64,000 nt of DNA from Carcharhinus amblyrhynchos (taxonomy: Eukaryota), in the NCBI GenBank assembly GCA_965287045.1, contig OZ336884.1, positions 51,708,001 to 51,772,000 on the forward strand, in the 5' to 3' direction. Positions within the stretch are counted from its first letter, which is position 1. Each line of letters opens with the position of its first letter. The translations under genes were made by a program, and so were the position numbers. Positions 23,345-36,060 of this stretch are shown here, in pieces. The notes below the pieces were generated by a model. That model was not told the DNA's origin. It did no database searches and saw nothing but the letters and a program-made list of their open reading frames with translations.

Positions 23345-24717
23345 TGCTACGTTAGTGTACCTTTAAGAGATTTTTTTATAAATCATGTTTTCTGCAGTTG
23401 TAAGCAGGCCTTTTTGGCTTCAATTGTTTTCTCATTATTGGCACCGGTGTCTCTGGAGGAGTCTTTTTATTGTTGCTTAAATGGAGGTTTGTTTATTTTT
23501 ACTGGGATGTTTATGACTTTGCATTGTTAGAAGAAAAACTGGTTGGCAGGTCAGGTGACAGGAACTTTTTCATTTTTCTGTTTGGCTGCAGTTTGGGTTT
23601 GGTTTTCAGATGGGACATTAAGCTGGAAAGAAGTATCTCTCTCTCCTTGGTTTTAGAAATTCTGTTGGCCATCTGAAACTGTACTGTGTGCAGTTTTGGG
23701 CGCTGCACCTGCGCAAAGATATTTTGGCCTTGGAGGGAGTGCAGAGGAGGTTTACTAGGCTGATACCAGAGTTGAGGGGGTTGAGCTATGAGGAGAGGCT
23801 GAATAAACTAGGCTTGTACTCGTTAGAGTTTAGAAGAATGAGGGGAGATCTCATTGAGATGTATAAGATGATGAATGGGATGGATAGGATAGAGGTGGAG
23901 AGACTCTTCCCGCTCAAAAAAGACAGTAGGACTAGGGGGCACAGCCTCAAGATAAAGGGGGGGCGGTTTAGAACGGAGTTGAGGAGGAACTTCTTCACTC
24001 AAAGGGTGGTGAATCTCTGGAATTCTCTGCCCGTTGAAGTGGTGGAGGCTGCCTCACTAAATATTTTTAAGACGCGGGTTGATGGGTTTTTGATAAGAGA
24101 GGGGATTAAGGGTTATGGGGAGAGGGCGGGAAAGTGGAACTGAGCCACGACAGATCAGCCATGATCTTATTGAATGGCGGGGCAGGCTTGAAGGGCTAGA
24201 TGGCCTACTCCTGCTCCTATTTCTTATGTTCTTATGTTCTTGTGAAAGCAAGGTCTTACCTTTCTGGAGGATGGAATCTGCTGTTGTTGGTTTGCTGAGA
24301 GTTCCTGGTGTTTTGGGAAGCTGTTCTGATTCTATCCAGAGAACTGTAGGCTTCATCCAAAGCAGTCAACTACAGTATCATGTGAGCATTAGTCTATGCC
24401 GTATTAAAGCTGTTTGAAGGGTCTTGTTTATGGGATTGGTTTGATTGGGTCATCTCCTATATTTAAGTATTATACATTATCATGGTTGTTTTGGTGTTGT
24501 CTGTAAGTGATAGAAGTTATTGCTAATATTCCTACTATACATGTTGACTATATTCTTAAATAAACTTTGTTTGATAAAAGCTCTCGTGGGTCATTTGAAT
24601 CATACCTGAAGTGAAACCTGTCTTGCTTATCCTAGCCAAATTCAAGATGCAAAACATATGATCCAGGTGAGCTCCGTAAAACACTTTTTATGGAGTTTTT
24701 GACCTGAACCATATAAG
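23345..24717 (+). mobile_element. Solo LTR interrupted by a CR1
   Basis: Homologous along its length to the reverse complement of 47753-48819. Starts TG; AATAAA near 24559. Confidence 0.65.
23681..24241 (+). mobile_element. Young CR1 subfamily A 3' fragment
   Basis: ORF 23688-24143; (TTCTTATG)n tail; TGAAA duplicated at 23674-23678 and 24243-24247. Confidence 0.95.
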
Positions 24718-27700
24718 AGATATTTTGTTGAAGCTTTTCATATTCAGTGACTGGCTGCCATTGTTCTATGTTCTCCATTGTTGTCCTCATGGCAACAGTT
24801 CACCCAGAGTCAGCTTGCCAATCAATCAGCACATCTTTCTCCTGTAATATAAATTGTTGTGATCGTTTGAAATTTGGTCTTGCATTTGTCCTAATGCAAG
24901 ACTAAAAGCTCTTCTCAGCAACATTCAAGTAAATTGCAAGTCTTGAGCATATATTCTAGGCTGACTCTGCAGTGCAATGACGGAACATTGCTGAGTTAGA
25001 GGTGCTGGAATCCATTTTTTCAAGTGAGTTTTTCAGACAAGACTCAAGCTCTGCAGGCAAACAATGAGATTTCTCTTTTTGTTCTCCACTGACATTCACC
25101 ACAATCTGACTACTGAGCAATTTCACATAATTGCCAGATGAACTTTGCAGCAAATATTCTAACAGTCCCAACAGAATATTTGAACATTTGAACTTAGAAA
25201 CACTGATATTTGGTGCACCTCCTTCATCTATAACAATATATGTTTCCACAATTGACAATCTTAAAAACATCTGTCCAGCTCATCTTCAAAATAACTAACT
25301 GACATACCAGTAACTGTGTTAGATGGATCAAACCTTCAAACAGTTGACTTTCATACAATAAACAATTACTTTGAAATAGGAGAAATGACAAAAATCTCAT
25401 CCTGGCACAAGCTTGCTTATCTTCCAGCTCAAATAGGAAATATACCCCAAAAAGTCATCTATCCTTTCTATTTTCAGATGCTAATGGACTGCTTTGTCTT
25501 TATGCCATTGTCCAGCTATATTTAAAAAAAGTAGAAATTTCTTGTCATGGCTGCATGAACAGACTAAGTCTTCCATTAAAATAGCACAGAGAGGAATTTA
25601 GTGCCAGAGCACTGAGGATCCAGAAAACAAAACAACAAGATCAATGGCAATTCTTCTTCTTATAAATCTTTAATACACATAAGCCATCATTGCACTATCA
25701 CAATGCAAAGTGGATATTATCCAAAAACACTGTAAATTAATCTATGACTAATTAGGATCACAAAGACCAAGTATAGATTTTAATACCAAACACCTCTGCA
25801 AGGAAGTTCTCAAGTCAATTCACAAACCTGATTATTAAGCAGATCTGATCCTTAAGAAAGAAACAATTATTAGCTGTTTGATCAGTAGCATGCCCTGTTG
25901 CATCTGCCTGACAATAGCTCAAGATTAGTCCCCAGTTATTAATTCACAGCTGTACTTAAATTGACAGTAATGTGTACGTCAGTACCCAGTGACCATGGTA
26001 CAATTAAGCTATGTTTGGAGTTTGTAAGCTCCAGAGTAAATAAGAGAGAGTCGGTAATTCATGAAAGTACAAAATCTGCTTCAACAAGGTGACTTCAACC
26101 TTGTTGCTGTAGATAATGTCTGACAGTCTGATGGTAGTATATGGCACTCGTATTTTAAATCAGCGCTGCCTGCAGAAACACATTTGGTAACATTAATCTG
26201 CTCTGAACAACAAAAATGCCACAAAGTAAAATTAAGCAGAAGACTCAGCTTTAGGAAACAACAGGCCTAACACAGGGGATCATGCAAACACTGAGGACAA
26301 TAGAGTTTGCCTCCTTACCATGACTGTTAATCACTACAAAGATACTGCACCATTAATATCCAAACACAGAACTGATGAATCTTTGCTAATTCAAATTTGC
26401 CATGCTTCATAGAAAGACAAACATAACTTGATTGCAAGCTCTTGAATCTAACATGGAGCAGAATAAAATCATGGACCATTTATTTCATAATTGGTATGTG
26501 CCAATCTGGAGTCATGTATCCTAATAAATGACATGTTCCATCTGTTAAACAAGCACTGGGAAAGATTCAAGCTCCACACATGCTGCTAATGTAGCCTCTC
26601 AGATAACAGTTACCAAAAATTAAAAATTCAGACCTAATGAATAGGACCAAATTTGGAACATACAGCACAACAACAATTAAGCACAGCTATTGTAAATTCT
26701 TATTTATAATACTCCTATTTTATTTATCTATTTTATAGATGCATCTATTTTATAGATTCTTCCAAGATATTTAGTGGACTATTGAAATTTTAACTCATAA
26801 GCATCCAGTGGACCACCTGTGTTTTTATCACACAGAGACAATAAATGCTCTGGCACAAACTGCGATTACCGATATGCTGTGCCACTGAGTGATAACATGA
26901 GGGTTTCTGCCTGAAATTCTTGACAAGTCAAGTTCCTAATTTTAGTCATACTACTACGTGGAGAATCCTCGAACATAGAGAAATTGGCAGGAGGTTCCCA
27001 ACTAGATGAAGCCGATATAGCTCCTAGCAGCCAATTCAGAAGGATCAAAGTCTTTATCGGTGAGTAACCTTTCACTATCTACAATAAGTTCCATCTTGTA
27101 AATATAGGTGGCAATGGAAGAGTCAAATAGGCTATTATTGTATTTAACAGGAATTACCATAAAGGGGAAATTAAAACAAACTGTAGCCGAAAATTAATGC
27201 AAAATATTTCACTTGATCAATGAATTTCAACTCATACCGCTACAACTATAAAATAAGTTAGAAAATCAGTTTGGTAACTTTTCTAATAACACACAAAATT
27301 TTTAGAGAAATATGGGGATATGGGAGCAGAATGGAAAACAATACTGGATGAAGCACATTGGAATATAAAATCTGTCATAGATCAGATAGGCCAAATGGCC
27401 TTCTTCCATTTTATGGATTCTACATATCTTAGATCAGTTTCTGAAATACTGAGTTATACTTGTGCTTTCCTTTATCGCTCCTGGGCATTATTGTATTAAC
27501 CTCTAAATCAAGAGAGTTGAGATAATTGGTTCTTTGATTTGGCTGGGGGAGGGGGGTGGTCTGGGAGAGGGCAGGTGGGGAGAATGAGAGAGAATGTGAT
27601 TGTAGGTATATGTAGTGAAAAGAGAGGCCCCATCAGTAATGTTTGAACTGACTATTATCCAACTGCTACTTGAAGGAAGAACTATCACAGCACTTTGCTT

Positions 27701-29399
27701 TATTATCTTTCAGACATCTCTGTCTATGCTAAATTCCTTTGCATGAAATGACCTCTAATTTTCTCAAGCACTTTCATACGTGGCATTTTATCAAATGCTT
27801 TTCTAAGCCCAGATAAACATTATTTATCACATTCCTCCAAGGGATTCTGGTCCTGAAATTACGTGAAGGTTCTAATTGGATTCCACCATAACTTTGGCAG
27901 GATATTTCTCATTCTGTAATCACTCCTTAACCCCAACTCCCTTCTCCTGCCTGCCAAGCCTCCACCGCATGCTGTGATCTATTCTGATTGCCAGAATTCA
28001 TCCCTGGTGGCACCTAGCTGGCACACCAATCTGGCCGTCTCACATGAATTTTGAAAAGTCATGGTTGGATATTCCACTGTTCTGTCGCTGAGCCCCTTCC
28101 GGATCATTAGGTGTTGTATGTTTGTATAAATCCTTTTGCATACTGCAGCTTGCCATATTCATGTGACCTTTGATGTCATTATATGCAAATAAAGATTTCG
28201 TGCAGTAGCCACTTTACACACCACGTGGAACGCCAGAATAATTAAAACTTTGGTCTGCAAACCGTGACAGGATATCACAGCTGCCCAAGTCATTGTGGTT
28301 TTGACTTATCCAATATCTGCACTGAGATTAAGGGAGACTTCAGGAGGAATTGCCAGTCACAATGGCAAAATTATAAGGTTGTTACAGAGTTGAACAAAAA
28401 ATCTGAACCAATAAGCGCAGCAATCCTGTAACCAGTGATGGGGGAAGGAGTGCCACAAGCTATGTTACATTCTCGACCTTGGTGAAGAGCAGAAAAAGCC
28501 AAAATTGTGCATGCTGGAGACCTTGAGGACTCATTTTGGAACGACCACTAATGTATTTTATGAATTCTATGTGCTTAACACTTGGAGCTCTTGAAAAGAG
28601 GAAGAATAGTGATCAGTGTGCAACTGCACTGAGACATCTTGTTGAGCCTTGAGAGTTTAGGCAGCTAAAGGATGATATGATTATCTGAGGAACAAGAGAT
28701 CCTGCTGTAAGAGCATGTCTGCTCAGGAGAGAAACCTAGGGTTAGATTTACGCCATAGAGGCGAGAAGCTCAGGTTAGGAAATTTCCTGACTTGGCACAT
28801 GTGTCTCCTTTAAAGGGGAACCCACCCACCATATTTTCATTCTGGGGAGATGGAGGCAGGATGGAATTAGGCTTGACATCTCTAGAAGCAGTCACAGATG
28901 TGACATACTTAGAAAGACTGCCTTGGTTCCCTGGCAGTACAGAGTTATATTAAAGGCTGTTGGGCATTCTAACCTTTACTCCTCACATTGCCTCATACTG
29001 TTGCCCACCTACTCTCCCTGCCAACTCCATATTCCAAGCCATCAACATGCCTGTTTGCCACCTTTATGCTTCCAGATGGAGGGCACTAAGCGCCATCATT
29101 TCAGCTGAAACAAGTCAAAATCTTGGACTCAATACACTTTAAGCAGCAGAAGAGATTTGCTGTGTTTTGCATAAGACCAAGCTATTGACAGCTGAGCAGG
29201 TTCTGATAGACAAGTATCCTGTTAAGATCAAGCAAACTATATGAAATGCAACTCTTGAATTGCAAAAGGAAGCTGTGATGAAATGATGGCTTAAAACCAT
29301 CAAGTCCACAGCTGTTGCTGTGAGAGAGAATCAGGCATACAAATGGCTTCCCAAGATGGCATCTTGTACAGTTGGCTTTGATAGATAGAGAAACATTAC

Positions 29400-32300
29400 T
29401 TAAAGGGTGAAGGTGGATAGGAAATGGAAAACATTGAAAGAGTGCAAGGGTGAACTGCAACAATTGTTTATTTCTGTTTGGTGCAAAAGTAGAATGGGAA
29501 AGGTGGCCAAACCATGGCTTAAAGGGAAATTAGGGATTGAATTAAATCCAAGGAGAGGTATACAAATTGGCCAGTAAAAAATAATAGACCTGTGGATTGG
29601 GAGCAGCTTAGAATTAGGCAAAGGAGGACCAACGTTATTGACCAAGGGGAAAAATGAGTGTGAGAGTAAGATTATGGGAACCGTGAAAACTGACTTTAAA
29701 AGTTTCTATAGGTATGTGAAGAAAAAACAATTGGTGAAGACAAATGTAGGTCCCTTAGTCAGTAACAAGGGAATTTGAAATGGTGAACAAAGATGGTAAT
29801 AAGCTAAGTTCTGTCTTCACAAAGGAGGACACAAATAACATATCAGAAATGTTGGGGAACACAAGGTTTAATGAGATGAGGAAACAGTATTAATAGAGAA
29901 ATGGTGTTGGGAAAATTGATCTGAAAAAAATTGATCTAAAAAAGTTTCATCCCATTTGGTTAGGACTTGACTTTTCTGATGTGCATTGCCAGATCCAGAC
30001 CTAATACAGAGATATTTTCCAACAGACCCAAAGGAGTTCTTTACAAGAAGTTCAAATGCATTTGTAACCATGTGCTTTCAAGTAATCTCAATGGGCTGGG
30101 ATTGATTGAAGACCAATATATCCCTAGGACCTGATAATCTATATCCCAGACTACTTAAGGAAACAGCCCTAGAAACAGTGGATGCATTGGTGGTCATCTT
30201 CCAAGATTCTATAAGTTCTTGAGGATTGGAGGGTAGCTAATGTAACCCTATCATTTAAAAAGGGAGGTTGAGAGGAACCAAGGAATTATAGACCAGTCAG
30301 CCTGATGTCAGCTGTGGGGAAAATGCTCGCACCAATTTAAAAGGCATAATAGCAGAGCATTTGAAAAACAGCAGGAGGATTAATCAGCATGGATTTATGC
30401 TTGACAGTGAATCATGCTTTGACAAATCTACTGGAATTCTACGAGGATGCAACTAGTGGTTATGAGGAGGAGCCAATGAATGTGGTTTATTTGGACTTTC
30501 AGAAGGTATTCAAAAAGGTCTCACAGAGATCAGCACATAAAATTAAAGTGCATGAGATTGTGGGTAGTGTATTCTTGCAGATTGTTTTGAAAAGTGGGAA
30601 TAAACGGGTCTTTTTCCCCAGTGGCAGACAGTGACTAGTGAGGTACCAAAGGGATCAGTGCTAGGACCCCAGCTATTCACATAAGAACATAAGAAATAGG
30701 AGCAGGAGTAGGCCATCTAGCCCTTCGAGCCTGCCCCGCCATTCAATAAGATCATGACTGATCTGAAGTGGCTCAGTTCCACTTTCCTGCCTTCTCCCGA
30801 TAACCCTTAATCCCCTTGCCTACCAAAAATCTATCTACCCGTGTCTTAAATATATTTAGCGAGGTAGCCTCCACCACTTCAACGGGCAGAGAATTCCAGA
30901 GATTCACCATCCTTTGAGTGAAGAAGTTCCTCCTCAACTCCGTTCTAAACTGCCCCCCCTTTATCTTGAGGCTGTGCCCTCTAGTCCTGCTGTCCTTTCT
31001 AAGTGGGAAGAACCTCTCAACCTCTACCCTATCCATCCCCTTCATCATCTTATACGTCTCTATAAGATCCCCCCTCATCCTTCTAAGCTCCAACGAGTAC
31101 AAGCCCAGTCTATTCAGCTTCTCTTCATAGCTCAACCCCCTCAACTCCGGTACCAGCCTAGTGAACCTCCTCTGCACTTCCTCCAAGGCCAAAATATCCT
31201 TGCGCAAGTGCGGCGACCAAAACTGCACACAGTACTCCAGCTGCGGCCTCACCAGTGCCCTGTACAGTTGCAGCAAGACCTCCCTACTTTTATATTCAAT
31301 CCCCCTCGCTATGAAGGCCAGCATCCCGTTCGCCTTCCTGATCACCTGCTGCACCTGTAGGCAGGGTTTTTGCGACTCATGCACAAGGACCTCCAGGTCC
31401 CTCTGCACCGTAGCATGCTGCAGCTTTTCGCCCTTTAAATAGTAGTCCCTCCTACTATTATTCCTGCCAAAGTGGATAACCTCATACTTGCCAACATTGT
31501 ACTCCACCTGCCAGGTCTTCACCTACTCGCTTAGCCTATCTAGATCCCTCTGCAGACTTTCTACACCCTCCGCACAATTTGCTTTTCCACTTATCTTTGT
31601 GTCATCAGCAAATTTTGACACCCTACACTCAGCCCCCTCCTCCAGATCATCTATATAAATGGTAAATAGCTGAGGCCCCAGCACCGATCCCTGGGGCACT
31701 CTATTAGTCACCAACTGCCAATCTGAATAGCACCCATTGACACCTACTCTCTGCCTCCTATTAGACAGCCAATCCTCTATCCACGCTAACACCTTACCCC
31801 CAACTCCATGCCCCCTAACCTTCTGTAACAACCTTTTGTGCGGCACCTTATCAAACGCCTTCTGAAAATCGAGAAACACCACATCCACTGGTTCCCCCCT
31901 GTCCACCGCAATGTATATTAATGATTTAGGTGAGGGAACTAAATGTAATATCTCCAAATGAAACAAAGCTGGGTAGGAGGGAGAACTGTGAGGAAGAGAT
32001 GTGTCAGTATGATTTGGACAAGTTGAATGATCAGGCAAATGCAGGACAGATGCAATATAATGTGGATGAATGTGAGTTATCCATTTTGGTAGCAAAAACT
32101 GGAAAGCAGATTGTCTGAAAGGTTACAAATTGAGAGAGGGGAATGTGCAATGTCCTTGTATTACCCAGACACTGACAGTAAGCATGCAGGTGCAGCAGGC
32201 AAGGTAGAAGGACAATGGTACGTTGGCCTTCATCGTGAGAGGATTCACGTTTAGGAGCAGGGAAGTCTTGCTGCAGTTATCCAAGGATTTGGTGAGGCCA

Positions 32301-32850
32301 CACCTGGAATAGTGTGTACAGTTTTGCTCTCCTTATTTGAGAAAGGTTGTTCTTGCTATGGAGGGAGTGCAGTGAAGATTTACCAGAATGATTCCTGGGA
32401 AGGTGGGATTGATGCGTGAGGAGAGATTGAATTGGTTAGGATTATATTCACTGGAGTTCAGAAAAATGAGGTGGGTTTTAATGGAAGCTGGTAACATTCT
32501 CACAGGATCACACAGGGTGGATGAAGGGAGAATGTTCCTGATGGCAATGAAGTCCAGAACCAGGGGTCATAGCCTGTGGATACAGGTTTAGGACTGGGAT
32601 GAGAAATTTCTTCACCCAGAGACTGGTGGAATTCTTTACCATAAAAAGCAGTTGAAACCAAAATATAGTATTTTTTCATGGTGTTAGATATAGCTCTTGG
32701 GGCTAAAGGGATCAAAGGATATGAGGCGGGGGCGGGGGGGGGGGACAGGGGAGGAAGTGGGGATAGGTAACTGTGTTGGATGATCAGCCATAATCATAAT
32801 GAATTGTGAAACAGGCTCAAAGGCCCTCTCCTGCTTCTATTCTCTATGTT
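29400..32850 (+). mobile_element. Older CR1 ORF2 remnant interrupted by a young CR1
   Basis: Decayed motifs [51 protein letters not shown]|IYINDL, RPHLE, SRTRGHSL, plus 3'UTR. Confidence 0.85.
30681..31909 (-). mobile_element. Young CR1 subfamily A, 1.2 kb, antisense inside the older CR1
   Basis: One reading frame from [22 protein letters not shown] through FADD to GKWN*, broken only by a TAG at 31523-31525; (TTCTTATG)n tail. Confidence 0.95.
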
Positions 32851-33139
32851 GGTCTGGCACTCATGCAATATACTCAATGACTCCTTACTTCACCATTGAT
32901 CACCAGTTTTAAATTTTGTCAAAATCTTTCTGAAATATATAGTAAAAATTACTCTCTCTTTGTCATTATTCCAGTAATGCAGTCCAAATCACCAGCAGAT
33001 TAGTTGAGCGTGACATGCCCATTTTTCTTTCCTCTGTGCAGTACACTTGTCTGTATTAAATTTCATCTGTCATTATTCTGCCCACTTACATATTTTATCC
33101 AGCTCATATTGTAATTTTTCAGCTGCCTCGTTTGAGTTA

Positions 33140-33462
33140 TTTTTATTCTTTTATGGGCTGTGAACACCGCTGGCAGGGCCAGCATTTATTATCCATCCCT
33201 AATTGCCCTTGAATTGAGTGTTCGGCCATTTCAGAGGGAACCAAAGAGCCAGCCATGTTTCTGTGGATACCCAGTACAGGTAAGGATGGCAGATTTCTTT
33301 CCCTTAAGGAAATTAATGGACTAGATGCATTTTTGTAATAATTGACAGTAGACTTGCAATTTTTACTGAAATTCAAATTTCACCGTATGCCATGGTGGGA
33401 TTTGATTTGAATCCAGGTCCCAAGGTCTCCAGATTACTGGTCCATTGTGTCACCACCTCTCC
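33140..33462 (-). mobile_element. tRNA-derived SINE, family B
   Basis: Matches 21235-21685. Confidence 0.75.
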
Positions 33463-35329
33463 TGAGTCCACAAGCTTGTCCAATTTGACCAGTCTGCTTT
33501 GGGTTTCTGAGTCTGTCACTGTATAAGTAAGAGGTCCAAAAATCATCCCTAGGGCATTCCATTCAGTGCTTCTCCTCACCTTGTCATAATTAGTAAAATG
33601 AATACATATTTTCCTCTCCCCTTCAAATAATTTCCAAGATTTACCCTGAACAAAGTGCGCATACATGGAAAAGATTAGTTCATGTTGCTTTGGCACAAAG
33701 GTGAAGTGAAACACTAAACCGTTCAGAAATTTGTTCAGTGCCAAGGTTGATTGACAACTTCCAGTTCATTAGTACTGTGAACCATTTGTTAAGCCTCTCA
33801 ATCTAGAATTCATGGCTCCCATGTTGACAAGTAGTGTGCAAGGGAATGCATGGAGAAAACTATGACGGTGACCTTGAGACAATTCATATCCCAGTGCACG
33901 AGGAACAATCTTGTCTCTCCCTGCCCACAAGGAAACCCGAGAAATAAACAAAGCATAATACACTGTGGCCCTTATGTGCCCATCCCAGGATTCTGCTCCC
34001 TGCAGGATTTAGCAAACACAGGGTCTCTCTCTCCTTCCCACCTTCTCACTCGGGCCTTAGTTTAAAATTGCAGATTGATTGTTGATGGTAACAAGGAATC
34101 ATATTCTTTGTCCTGCTCATCTGCTCACAAGAAAAGTATAGGAACACGGCAGCAGGAAGCAGGATCAGAGTGGAGAAGTGAGTCCTGATATTTAAATGCA
34201 CCTTACCCCTTAGCCTGGTTTCTGCCGGATGGGGGCAATTGAAATCAGGCCAATCGGTTACAAATTGAGTTGAATCTTAGAAAGGCAGTTAGTTCTTCCA
34301 GCAAGACACTGCCTATTTAGATGTCTGGAGGACAGAATTAACATGGTAAAATCAACATTCTAACTGGGTACACCATTATTATTGATTCCACTGTGATTTG
34401 ATTTACAATCAGGCCATAAGTCTGAGGCACAATTTATTCTTCAAATAGACTTTCCTATTACAATGCTCAGATAGTGTTAAGAGAGGTCTCAAAGGAGAAA
34501 ATAAATGAAAACACCTGCTCTTCAGCACTGGCTAAACAATGTCACATCACACTACAGCATCTACTCTTAACAACATTGATTAAAAAGAGACAGCTTTACA
34601 CGGGTACATGATCTGCTCGTGCGAGCGCATCCCAATGAAAAACTCATATCAAGTGCAGCACCACAATATATAAGGATTCTACCTGAATATATTATTGACA
34701 TTTAAAACATTTGGAGTGACTATGTGCCACTAGCTATTTCTATTCCTCAACATTGCCTGAGACACCAGACTCATTCCTTCCACCCCTAATTTTTTCAATT
34801 TTATCTGTTACTATGTGCCATAAGATTATAATGGAGGACACAAGATACTATGGTGGGGGAATATATTTCACAATAATATCAAGGAACTACATCTTAAATT
34901 TAATATTTCAATTCAATATTTTGTTTCCATTGAAAGATAATACTTTAACCAAAGGGTCAAAACTTTAACTTGTTCACCTGAACAGGAAGTAAATTCATGA
35001 TCATGAATATTCGATATGACAGCACATACTGGAATTTAATTGTGGATTATGGCATTAATATATAAATACTGAGCACACTGGTGCATGATTACTTTGTTTT
35101 TTAACGAAGGGTTAACTTAATCTGCTGGTAAATGTGCTATGTGCCATACCAGTTACAAATTAAAATACTAGCGTAATATACAAATTTAGCAAGTGGCCAT
35201 TTGCTAATATTGTGAGCTATAACTCCTTGGCTTCTACTGTTTATATAAATCCTCAAAAATATACCATAAATATTTCTTTGGATCAAAATATGCAGAGTTA
35301 ATCTGGCACTACGTGGTGCTGTTTGCAAA

Positions 35330-36060
35330 CATTTATGACCAGGGAGCTCCAATTATTGATCTCTGCTTGTGACAATGGGGCAGAGGATAGGACTTCAATG
35401 TTCCCTGACCTGTGAGACAGAAATTAAAAAACAGCTGTGGTTCCTGCATGTTTCATTTTGTCTGACATCATTAGTAGTGCACATGTAGATACAAAATAAG
35501 GATATGATTGGGCTGGTCTGTGATAATCCTTGCTGTTAATTAACCTTGCAAAATTCAGCCACAACCAATCGAATGATGATTGAGGCTACCATGCGATCAG
35601 AGCCTCAATCTGAGTTCTTGTCTTCAAGAAAGGAACATCAAGAGGACAAAAGCAACAAAAGAAAAAAATTGACATAACAACAGTTTAGCTCATAGTAAAA
35701 CAGAATTACATTGAAAGGAAGCTTTAAATATTTTGTTCCAAGTATTCAAAATAATCCAACAACAGTGCCACCTCAATTTTAGACGTAAATTATTTTTCTT
35801 CCCCCTCCGCTTGGAAATGCTGACGTAAATTTCTTGCCATTATCCAGAACCTCATCCAAGTGATTATGTTGTGTGAGCAAACTAATGGACCATAGAGCCC
35901 AGTACATTCAAGTTTAATCCTGTCCCCTTCAAACAGTGACCAGTGGTGCTATGTAGTGTCCCCAGCTACATGTGCTCAACTGAGAATGACTAATTCAGCA
36001 TACAGACCTAGGTCAGCATGGCTCAGTTATGTGCTAGCTTCCCCAACTGAGCCAGCCATT
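35330..36060. mobile_element. Two decayed family C SINE-like copies, tail to tail
   Basis: Weak block similarity to 8350-8730 at 35330-35670 (+) and 35790-36060 (-). Confidence 0.35.

Noticed and set aside
26726-26758. Tandem atctattttatagat as a double MEF2 site
   Set aside because: Five A/T bases between CTA and TAG rather than four; more likely a slippage duplication.
31523-32095. 190-aa ORF as a novel fusion gene
   Set aside because: Chance read-through from the antisense of the old CR1 into the young CR1 RT; ends at a nonsense mutation.
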